Sequence record: LC592711.1
DNA: 64,000 nucleotides
Reading direction: 5' to 3' (one strand)
The first letter of the stretch is position 1. Each line of letters begins with the position of its first letter. The notes beneath the pieces were generated by a model, which saw only the letters and a program-made list of their open reading frames with translations, was not told the DNA's origin and ran no database searches. Positions 9,038-16,344 of this stretch are shown here, one piece after another. Both the position numbers and the translations under genes were made by a program.

Positions 9038-9523
9038 TTATGCTGTCGGCGAGGAATCCGTGTAATCGTGATGCTTGAAGCCGTTGAGTCTGTCTTCGGC
9101 CTTGGCATCTTTGTACTTGTCGTTATTGATCACGACCGTCACGTGAGTATCGTCAAGCCAACCTTCACGACTGACTTCGGAAATGTTTTTCAACATTTCG
9201 TCACTACCGTCGGGAAGTTCACCTGCGACATGTTTGTTCTGGACATCTTGCCAGATGACGTGGTTGTAGCCCAAAAAGAAAATAGCCCACATCGCTGCAA
9301 GACATAACCACGCTCCCGCATCACGAGGCATGTGATACACGAAGAATGCTGCGGAAACGACGAACAGCCAGAACGTCATCATGATCGCGAAGACCCAGTA
9401 ACCGATTGCCTGCTGAGACCAGTTGAAGAGGATCGAATCCTCCTGATACATCAGCTGGTTCACCATCATGAAAAACGTGAACGCGAATAACAGCCAAAAC
9501 AGAACACCCACAGCGGTATACAT
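9038..9523 (-). CDS. Membrane protein with about 3 TM helices
   Basis: Hydrophobic segments at about aa 4-22, 40-62 and 70-88; GAGG RBS. Confidence 0.75.
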   Translation of the reverse strand: MYTAVGVLFWLLFAFTFFMMVNQLMYQEDSILFNWSQQAIGYWVFAIMMTFWLFVVSAAFFVYHMPRDAGAWLCLAAMWAIFFLGYNHVIWQDVQNKHVAGELPDGSDEMLKNISEVSREGWLDDTHVTVVINNDKYKDAKAEDRLNGFKHHDYTDSSPTA

Positions 9524-9626
9524 GGCCTACCTCACTTGTTATTAAAAAACGACCAAAAAAAATCCCAGGATAAACTCTGGGATTGAAAAGCCCATCTCGG
9601 GGAGACCGGATGGGCTGGGCTACTGT

Positions 9627-9911
9627 TTAAACCGCTTCGAGCTTGAGGCTGTTACGCAGCACCACACCATTCATGGCACGTTCGATAGCTGCTTCAGCTT
9701 TCTTTGCTGCGAAGTCGGCTTCGCGCATTGCCATGCGTTGTGCGTGGACATATTCGCGCACTTGCTTTTCTTCGCGAACCGTGAGGTTCTGGCGTTCGAG
9801 GCGATTGTTGACTTCGTCCCATTCGACTTCTTCAAACTTCTTGCCATCCATGTACTTGTCCGACAGGAAGAGGCAGAATTCGAGGACGGTGACTTGATAG
9901 AGGTTGTTCAT
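9627..9911 (-). CDS. Hypothetical helical protein
   Basis: 94 aa, CAGGAG RBS, coiled-coil-like C-half. Confidence 0.7.
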   Translation of the reverse strand: MNNLYQVTVLEFCLFLSDKYMDGKKFEEVEWDEVNNRLERQNLTVREEKQVREYVHAQRMAMREADFAAKKAEAAIERAMNGVVLRNSLKLEAV

Positions 9912-9957
9912 GATGATGCTCCTGAGAAAGGGAAAATTACACAGACGGTAGAGGAAG

Positions 9958-10104
9958 TTACTTGGCCAGCTTGTCGGTCATGTACGCGACCAAGGGGACG
10001 ACGACCAGCAGAAGGAAGCCGACGTACAGAACGACGTCTTTCCGTTTTGCTTTGACCGTATCGTTGCTGCGGTTTGCTGCTGCGAGAAATTGTTGCTTAG
10101 TCAT
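9958..10104 (-). CDS. Small single-TM membrane protein (48 aa, not in ORF track)
   Basis: MTKQQFLAAANRSNDTVKAKRKDVVLYVGFLLLVVVPLVAYMTDKLAK*; AGGA RBS; fills the gap between two genes. Confidence 0.7.
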   Translation of the reverse strand: MTKQQFLAAANRSNDTVKAKRKDVVLYVGFLLLVVVPLVAYMTDKLAK

Positions 10105-10148
10105 GACTTATTCCTGTTGTTTGACTGTACTGAATTTTGGTTAATCGA

Positions 10149-10610
10149 TTACTGCAGGGGAACACGCTTGCGGAAGGTATCGAACTGGATGACGACGTAT
10201 CCGTTTTCGATCGTCACACTCTCCACCCTCGCATTGCAGGTTCCGAAATCTTTGGCTTGGCGGACATCGCCATTTGCCAGGAACCAGTAAAGCTGATAGT
10301 CCGTTTTGCATTCGAACCCTTGATTGCCTGAGATCAGGATCAGGGGCTGATTGCTGTACGTACCATGCCAGGCGACTTTGATGTCGTCGAAGTTCTCTTC
10401 CATGTCAGTGACATAGTCGCGATACTTCATGTACCAGGTACGAGCGTCCGTATCCTGGTAGAACTGCACCGTGTCCACCGTTTTGCGGAGAACCGGTTTT
10501 GCATCCGCGTCACCTATACCACCCAACACCAGAACTGCGATCGCTCCAACGATCGCCAGGATCCAGAACTTCCAGTTATCGTTGACATAGTTGCGAACTA
10601 CTTGTGCCAT
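10149..10610 (-). CDS. N-terminally membrane-anchored or exported protein
   Basis: 'WKFWILAIVGAIAVLVLGGIG' TM/signal followed by a beta-rich domain; GGAG RBS. Confidence 0.75.
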   Translation of the reverse strand: MAQVVRNYVNDNWKFWILAIVGAIAVLVLGGIGDADAKPVLRKTVDTVQFYQDTDARTWYMKYRDYVTDMEENFDDIKVAWHGTYSNQPLILISGNQGFECKTDYQLYWFLANGDVRQAKDFGTCNARVESVTIENGYVVIQFDTFRKRVPLQ

Positions 10611-10642
10611 TGCATCATCTCCAGTTACTGCATTGTAAAAAG

Positions 10643-10828
10643 TTACCTGTGGCGGATATTCGTCATCAGGCGTTGGACTTCATTCCGAACCACCATCTCG
10701 AAGGTATTCGGAAGTTCGCGGAATTCGACATCGATGATGTCAGGCTCGGTGATGACCTTGGGTACTTCGGGCTGAAGCGCGTTGTACATCTTTAAAGCCT
10801 GTGAAACGTATTGCTGACTGTGTGCCAT
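10643..10828 (-). CDS. Small hypothetical protein (61 aa)
   Basis: GGAGG RBS before ATG 10828; directly downstream of an early-promoter motif. Confidence 0.7.
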   Translation of the reverse strand: MAHSQQYVSQALKMYNALQPEVPKVITEPDIIDVEFRELPNTFEMVVRNEVQRLMTNIRHR

Positions 10829-10879
10829 GATACGCCTCCGTTGAAAAGAATACAAAGTTCTTTATCCAACTTCACCGCA

Positions 10880-10895
10880 GTTATATGTTTCTGAA
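10880..10895 (-). promoter_or_regulatory. Early promoter motif
   Basis: Minus strand TTCAGAAACATATAAC, identical over 16 nt to 13116-13131. Confidence 0.7.
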
Positions 10896-10929
10896 TTATT
10901 CTGGGATTCGATATTTGACGGCATAAGCC

Positions 10930-10953
10930 GGGGATGGGTTTTACCCCATCCCC
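10930..10953 (-). terminator. Hairpin after the AAA ATPase gene, followed by TTATG
   Basis: ggggatggg-ttttac-cccatcccc; CATAA at 10922-10926. Confidence 0.6.
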
Positions 10954-10958
10954 TAGCT

Positions 10959-12266
10959 TTACGCGACCAGTTTCAAACGTTTTGCATTCGAGCGACGACA
11001 GAGCTCCGTCAGGAATGCATCCGGATCTTCCGGGTTTTCCTTGAATGCGAGTTCTACTTCGCAACCAGGTAGCAACCATTCTTCCGAATGACACGACAGA
11101 ATAAACCGTCGTACTTCTTCATCTGTGAGATCGTACATCAGCGCCATGTAAGGCTCGATCTCTTTGCTCGTGAGTTCGCCGATCAGGTAATCCTTATCGA
11201 CCCGACCTGCGCGCTTGATAGCTTCATCGAGATCTTCCGGATGATTGGTCGTCATGATGACGATCAGGTTATCCAATCCGATTACTCCATCAAACGCATT
11301 GAGTACACCAGACATGGTGAGGAAGCTCAGGTCCGCTACTGCCTCGACCAGTTCCTTTTTCTTTTTGCGATCCTTCACTGCACTGCCTGACTGATCGACA
11401 TCCTCAATGAGAACGATCGAACCAGGTTTGATGGTCGCCAATGCTTCCATGAGCGAAGCATTTGAATGCTGCGACAGATCGAGCAAATACAGATCTTTCT
11501 TGAAACGAGCAGAAAGCAGCTTCGACAGCGTCGTCTTGCCAGTACCCGGGGGTCCGTAAAAGAGGAACGAAATTTTGTATGTCAGTCCTTTTTTACGATA
11601 CCACTCTCGACGATTTGAGAATTCTTCAATCCTTCCCAAGATGTCGGCCTTCAGGTCTGCGTTCATGCAAAACGTTTCGATGTCTCGCATGGGAACCTTA
11701 CCAACCTGCTCCCAGCTTTTATCGCCACCGTACTTGTGGATGAATACTTCGTCGGAAGCACCTCGCTTTTCATTGAAGAGATCGACCAGTTGCAGGAATG
11801 AACTTTGATTCCATCCAAACGTGCGGATGGTGATTTCTTCTTTCTGTTTTTCAGATCCGCCAGATTCCAGAGAACCTTTATCGAACCAGAAGAACTTTCG
11901 TTTGTACCAGAAAACATGAACGCCTTTGCCGATACCCAAGCGGTAAGGCTTGAATACGGTTTCATCCGAAAACATGTCTTCCTTGTATTGCCGGAACATG
12001 AAGAAGCTACGACTGAATTTCGCGTAGCCGGACATCATGAACCATTTGTCAAACATGTTGTACGCATCTGCATTGCCGTCCCAACCAGCATTGTTCAGAC
12101 GCATCGTAACTGTCGTGTAGCGAACGACCAGATCCCAGAACTTCTTGGGTAGGTCCTTCAGGTAAAACATGATACCGCCAACCAACGGCAGTACCAGCGT
12201 CGCTAAGAGAGGGTTAGCTTTCGTTGCTGCATCGTAGTGGCCAAAGAGCCCATAGATCCAGTCCAT
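10959..12266 (-). CDS. BCS1-like membrane-anchored AAA+ ATPase
   Basis: Walker A GPPGTGKT, Walker B IVLIED, 'MSGVLNAFDG', SRH 'MTTNHPEDLDEAIKRAGRVD', BCS1-type pre-Walker 'EEF...REWYRKKGLTYK'; N-terminal TM 'LLATLVLPLVGGIMFYL'. Start at ATG 12266 (GGGGA RBS). Confidence 0.8.
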   Translation of the reverse strand: MDWIYGLFGHYDAATKANPLLATLVLPLVGGIMFYLKDLPKKFWDLVVRYTTVTMRLNNAGWDGNADAYNMFDKWFMMSGYAKFSRSFFMFRQYKEDMFSDETVFKPYRLGIGKGVHVFWYKRKFFWFDKGSLESGGSEKQKEEITIRTFGWNQSSFLQLVDLFNEKRGASDEVFIHKYGGDKSWEQVGKVPMRDIETFCMNADLKADILGRIEEFSNRREWYRKKGLTYKISFLFYGPPGTGKTTLSKLLSARFKKDLYLLDLSQHSNASLMEALATIKPGSIVLIEDVDQSGSAVKDRKKKKELVEAVADLSFLTMSGVLNAFDGVIGLDNLIVIMTTNHPEDLDEAIKRAGRVDKDYLIGELTSKEIEPYMALMYDLTDEEVRRFILSCHSEEWLLPGCEVELAFKENPEDPDAFLTELCRRSNAKRLKLVA

Positions 12267-12345
12267 GTTGTTATTCCCCGAAAGAGTATTGTCAAAATAA
12301 ACGTTGGCCAAATAAAAAAAGATTCAAACCTAGGCCGACAGAGAT

Positions 12346-12373
12346 CCTAGTACCTCCTCACGGAGGTACTAGG
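12346..12373 (-). terminator. 12-bp hairpin between 12384-13058 and the AAA gene
   Basis: cctagtacctcc-tcac-ggaggtactagg. Confidence 0.6.
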
Positions 12374-12383
12374 TCACCGCTTC

Positions 12384-13058
12384 TTATTTGATTTTTGAAA
12401 GATCGAGATAGAACATCATCTCGTTATCGGTCTTCGGAAAGAATGCCTTGATCTTCCCGAGATAGTCTTTCTTGTCGTTGCCGATTACCCTGGAGTAGAA
12501 ACCTACTTCCAGAAGAACACCACTGAACGGTTCTTCCTCGATGTTCACAAGATTCTTGCGATCCATCTTCATCCGGTAAACCATTGGGTGGAGTTTCTCC
12601 AGAACGATAACGTTCTCTTCCAGGTTGTTCTTGACGATCAAGGGCAGACTGATCTTGCCACCATGCAGCTGGTGTCCATTGGCATACCCCATGCCAAGGC
12701 AGATCTGGTTGTTTGCTGTGTTGTAGCCGAACTCAGCAATGATCTCACGATCATCCTGGATGAAACGACTCATCACATCCATACAACCACTCAGATCGCG
12801 GCGAAGCGTTTCCGAGAATTTCTTGATTCCTACATCGTACGGCTTTTTCTCGACTACGTGCTTCTCCCCAGGGATTGGGGTGTAATCGATACCAGGCTCT
12901 ACAGCAGGCTTCATGACGCTGGCAGGGGGTAGGCTTGGACGCGCCGTCACGAGCGGGCTGGTGAGCCCTCCAGTGACTGTGAGCACCATTCCCTCATCGT
13001 CTTCACGATCCCCGGCTTGCGCCATTCTGAAATCCGCATAGCGGTTGGTCTTCTTCAC
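12384..13058 (-). CDS. Hypothetical protein
   Basis: 224 aa, GTG start with AGGAG RBS; disordered N-third, beta-rich C-part. Confidence 0.75.
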   Translation of the reverse strand: MKKTNRYADFRMAQAGDREDDEGMVLTVTGGLTSPLVTARPSLPPASVMKPAVEPGIDYTPIPGEKHVVEKKPYDVGIKKFSETLRRDLSGCMDVMSRFIQDDREIIAEFGYNTANNQICLGMGYANGHQLHGGKISLPLIVKNNLEENVIVLEKLHPMVYRMKMDRKNLVNIEEEPFSGVLLEVGFYSRVIGNDKKDYLGKIKAFFPKTDNEMMFYLDLSKIK

Positions 13059-13115
13059 GGATGTAACTCCTTGTGGTACAACATTTTAAAAGGTTTACAG
13101 CGGAAACTCACAATC

Positions 13116-13131
13116 GTTATATGTTTCTGAA
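13116..13131 (-). promoter_or_regulatory. Early promoter motif
   Basis: Minus strand TTCAGAAACATATAAC, 58 nt upstream of GTG 13058. Confidence 0.7.
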
Positions 13132-13299
13132 ACAATCTAGAGTTCCAACCTTTCAAAGAATCAAAGAGCATAGCTTTGAAAGACCGAAACGCCCTTTCGG
13201 ACGTCTCGGTTCTCTCTGGGGGGATGAATGTGGTTGTGTATCCCTCCAGATCATGGAGGGATCATAGTTTCTTTTTATACGCCTTCCACAGGCGTATCA

Positions 13300-13445
13300 C
13301 TTTTTTCTTTTCTTTCTTTCAAAAACTTTAGACTTATTATTCTTATTATTGTAAATACGTTAGTATTTACAATACTAACGTTTATAACTAATTCTAAAAT
13401 TCTCTCTACAAGGTTCTGGTCACATTTAGAAAAATATATGTTTAT
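13300..13445. other. Strongly AT-rich intergenic tract with overlapping inverted repeats (origin or regulatory candidate)
   Basis: T-runs and TTATTAT repeats; 12-bp IR at 13347-13374 overlaps an 11-bp IR at 13357-13381. Confidence 0.5.
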
Positions 13446-13542
13446 GCCTGTTAAGGCAGCAAAACTGTCCGGTAAAAATTCGGCAAGAAGCACAGATCAT
13501 CTGACATCCGTTCCACTATCAAACGCAAAGGACGAAACGAAC

Positions 13543-14190
13543 ATGGGCCTCGTAGGCACTCTGCGCGAGATCGAAAAAACCTCGCCCGAAGAACTCAACC
13601 GCTATTCCGAAAACCGTCCCGTCATGGTCGACGGTTCCCTGTCCGAACTCGTGACTCAGGCACTGAATGTCGCCTACACGAAAAAAGACATGACATCGGG
13701 TAAACCGTACTACGGTCATCAAAACGCAACGGGCGAACCGCCTCCTGGCGCAGGCAACATTCCCGACATCCTGAACCCGGATACTCCGCGTCAGGATCCG
13801 AACATCGTCAAGCCTTCGCTTGAAGGCATGCAGCAAATGGGCGCAGATGCAATTGCGACGGCAGCTGCTGTGCTCGAAGAAGCCGTCAACGTGAACGACG
13901 GCCACGAACACCGCGTGGGTGAAGATCCGCTCATGGTTTACGCCATTCCGGAAGACGGTAAGGTCACGGAAGAAATGAACGCGAACATCGACATGTACGG
14001 CGACTCCGGTGCCATGGATCCGTCGAACTTCGTGTTTGTTTTCACCGACAAGAACGATACTGTTGGAAGCATCGACTATCGTTGCGTCGATCTGAGCCAG
14101 AAAGTGAAGGACTACGAGAGCAAGGGCGCCAAGGTGTACCAGTCGCTCGAATCGTTCTTCCGCGACTACGACAACCTGCGTAAGAAGTAA
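13543..14190 (+). CDS. Conserved phiKZ-like (probable virion head) protein
   Basis: ATG 13543 with AAGGA RBS (215 aa); 'PSLEG' matches the S/A/G-x-E head-protease cleavage consensus; coupled to the next gene. Confidence 0.65.
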   Translation: MGLVGTLREIEKTSPEELNRYSENRPVMVDGSLSELVTQALNVAYTKKDMTSGKPYYGHQNATGEPPPGAGNIPDILNPDTPRQDPNIVKPSLEGMQQMGADAIATAAAVLEEAVNVNDGHEHRVGEDPLMVYAIPEDGKVTEEMNANIDMYGDSGAMDPSNFVFVFTDKNDTVGSIDYRCVDLSQKVKDYESKGAKVYQSLESFFRDYDNLRKK

Positions 14191-15437
14191 TGGACGGCCA
14201 GATCAAGAAAGTCCTGGATGCCGAATTCGATCACTTGCCGATCGACAAACGGCTCCTGGACAAAGTCCTGAAATACGAAAAGGATTTCATCAACAAGAAC
14301 GAAGACCATATCACCTTCTTCGGTGGTCACCTCATGGGGGTGCAGGTGGTTCGTTTCGATCCCCGAGATCGACAGTACTGGTTCGATGAAATCCTCGAAA
14401 TCAATGAGCAGGCTCTCGAAGAACCTCTCTACGCTCTGCGTGATCCGCATCATCCGAAAGATCCGCTGATCGACCCAGACTTCAATGTCCGCTCGGATGT
14501 CATGAACATCACCTGCGGATATCTCATCCATCGATTCCTCACCGCAAACCACCTTCCGCACGACAAGCAAAAGGAAGGCGCCGAATGTGTGGTGCGAATC
14601 ATGCTGTACAAGTTCCTGACTTCACTGCTCTGGAACTACTTCAAGTACCCGGCCAATCCTGCGGTAGCGGAAGCTACCTATAACGCTTTGTCGCTGAAGT
14701 TCGGCTTGAAGAAAAACGGCAACTGGAAAAAATACCTGGACGAACGCGCTCACATCACTGTCGAGCCTGGTTCGATCCACTACAAGACGCTTGTCAACAT
14801 GAAAGACGACGAGCAGTTCCTGTACTTCATCGGCGATACGCAGGGTCGTATTCGCGGCACGGTGAAATCGATCTATGCGATCTTCGACCAGATGAACAAG
14901 GCTGGTATCAAGATCGTCTCCGCCTCCTCTGTCATGGAGTACGATGGCGAAATGATCCTGAAGGACAAGTCGAGAACCTACCAGTCGGAAATCCGTTACA
15001 TCTCCGATGTGATTGGTGACCGCGGTTCGTTCATCAAGCCTGAACTTCTGAAGATCATTGAGAAGTCGGTGCCGACCGCCAACCCCGACATGTTGTTGAA
15101 GACTCTCCAGTGGATGTCTGACAACGCAGGTTATGGTAAGGACGACATCGTGAACCAGCTGACGACCAAGACGGTTATCTACTCGTTCAACTATCTCGCC
15201 CAGAATCCTGGACTCATCAAAGGCAAGCGCGACATCTCCGGCGTACTCTTCCGTTTGCGTGGTTCGTTTATGGCATCCCGTTCTTCGGACGAGGATCTCA
15301 TGCAACTGCGAGAAATGGCTGAGCAGATTGCTGGGTTCGCAACTGGCTCTCGCAACGACACGGTAAAGAAGTCGATCCGCACGGCGGTTCTGCTTTACAT
15401 CATCGGTCGGATCATGGCGAAGGACTACTACTCATGA
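14190..15437 (+). CDS. Conserved phiKZ-like virion structural protein (gp32-like)
   Basis: 415 aa; 'KNEDHITFFGGHLMGV' motif recalled from this family; synteny near terL. Confidence 0.65.
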   Translation: MDGQIKKVLDAEFDHLPIDKRLLDKVLKYEKDFINKNEDHITFFGGHLMGVQVVRFDPRDRQYWFDEILEINEQALEEPLYALRDPHHPKDPLIDPDFNVRSDVMNITCGYLIHRFLTANHLPHDKQKEGAECVVRIMLYKFLTSLLWNYFKYPANPAVAEATYNALSLKFGLKKNGNWKKYLDERAHITVEPGSIHYKTLVNMKDDEQFLYFIGDTQGRIRGTVKSIYAIFDQMNKAGIKIVSASSVMEYDGEMILKDKSRTYQSEIRYISDVIGDRGSFIKPELLKIIEKSVPTANPDMLLKTLQWMSDNAGYGKDDIVNQLTTKTVIYSFNYLAQNPGLIKGKRDISGVLFRLRGSFMASRSSDEDLMQLREMAEQIAGFATGSRNDTVKKSIRTAVLLYIIGRIMAKDYYS

Positions 15438-15856
15438 CGCGTGAAACCGTCACCGTCGATGAACTGAATCCCCTCCAGCTTGAGCAGTATCATGCCTTGC
15501 TGGAGGAGTCTGATAGTGAACCGATGTTCTACGGTAAGCCGTTAGACCGCAAAGCTAAACGTCAGATCGTCCTTGATGACGATGACAATGTCGTAGGGGC
15601 CTTTGAGTACACCCGCACCCTTTGGGAAGGTACGTACTACTGGCGAGCCAACCGTCCGTATGTCATGAAAGCGCATCGTGGCAAAGGACTGTTGTATCCT
15701 GCTCTTCGACTCTGGTTCTTAAATCGACGCCCGGCTCTTGCCTGGATCGATGACGAAAACCTTGCATCGATTCGCCTTTTCTTCTCGCTTGGCTTTTCGA
15801 GAGAATATGCGTACACGATGCACGGCAAGCTGGGACATTTTTACGTCCTTCATTAA
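15434..15856 (+). CDS. GNAT-family acetyltransferase
   Basis: Acetyl-CoA motif A 'YVMKAHRGKGL' and motif B 'NLASIRLFFSLGF'; ATGA overlap with the upstream gene. Confidence 0.8.
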   Translation: MTRETVTVDELNPLQLEQYHALLEESDSEPMFYGKPLDRKAKRQIVLDDDDNVVGAFEYTRTLWEGTYYWRANRPYVMKAHRGKGLLYPALRLWFLNRRPALAWIDDENLASIRLFFSLGFSREYAYTMHGKLGHFYVLH

Positions 15857-15886
15857 ACGCCATCAACTTAAGGTTAGGCACCCAAA

Positions 15887-16063
15887 ATGGCACCGCGCAC
15901 CAAGCTTCAGAAGTCAATGACCAATAACTCCAAGATTCGTGATGCTGTCACGAATTCGGCTGCAACCATTTCGGTGGGTGAGCCAAGCCTCATGTCTCGC
16001 CAAGGTGCCCCGAAGAGCATTAAAGTGCAAATCGGAAAAGGCGGGCTGGGGAAAGCAAAATAA
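15887..16063 (+). CDS. Small basic protein A (58 aa, not in ORF track)
   Basis: MAPRTKLQKSMTNNSKIRDAVTNSAATISVGEPSLMSRQGAPKSIKVQIGKGGLGKAK*; 11 K/R against 2 D/E. Confidence 0.7.
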   Translation: MAPRTKLQKSMTNNSKIRDAVTNSAATISVGEPSLMSRQGAPKSIKVQIGKGGLGKAK

Positions 16064-16117
16064 CAAAACGCAGTAGTCCTGGTCGTAATCTTTTGGATTA
16101 TTCACCGGGATTTGAAA

Positions 16118-16291
16118 ATGTCGAACCGACACCTCAAGCAGCACCTGATGCAGGCTACCTTGAAGCAGCACAAAGAGCATCACGTCAAGGATCTTTACAT
16201 CGTCACGGAATCGGAACATCGCGGCAAGCATGTCACGAGCACGGTTCATGTGAAGGTGGGTCGTGGCGGGCTGGAGCACGTCAAGAAGTAA
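16118..16291 (+). CDS. Small basic His-rich protein B (57 aa, not in ORF track), paralogue of A
   Basis: MSNRHLKQHLMQATLKQHKEHHVKDLYIVTESEHRGKHVTSTVHVKVGRGGLEHVKK*; 9 His; C-terminal V-x-[IV]-G-[KR]-GGL shared with A. Confidence 0.7.
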   Translation: MSNRHLKQHLMQATLKQHKEHHVKDLYIVTESEHRGKHVTSTVHVKVGRGGLEHVKK

Positions 16292-16303
16292 TCAGCATAA
16301 GTA

Positions 16304-16333
16304 CCTACTCCTACCCGCAAGGGTAGGAGTAGG
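16304..16333. terminator. 13-bp hairpin at a convergent junction
   Basis: cctactcctaccc-gcaa-gggtaggagtagg. Confidence 0.7.
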
Positions 16334-16344
16334 GCCTATGTCCG

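Noticed and set aside
13228-13542. Hydrophobic N-terminal extension of the 320-aa ORF
   Set aside because: It runs through the T/A-rich island (an F/I/L/K-rich artefact) and has no RBS. The ATG at 13543 has an AAGGA RBS and normal codon usage.
16030-16063. Homology of small basic protein A to histone H4
   Set aside because: The similarity is limited to a Gly/Lys 7-mer and no histone fold is possible in this sequence. It is kept only as a functional analogy in the findings.
16093-16326. 77-aa plus-strand ORF in the track
   Set aside because: It overlaps the 16118-16291 ORF in another frame and runs into the terminator hairpin. The 57-aa frame has typical codon usage and a paralogue next door.
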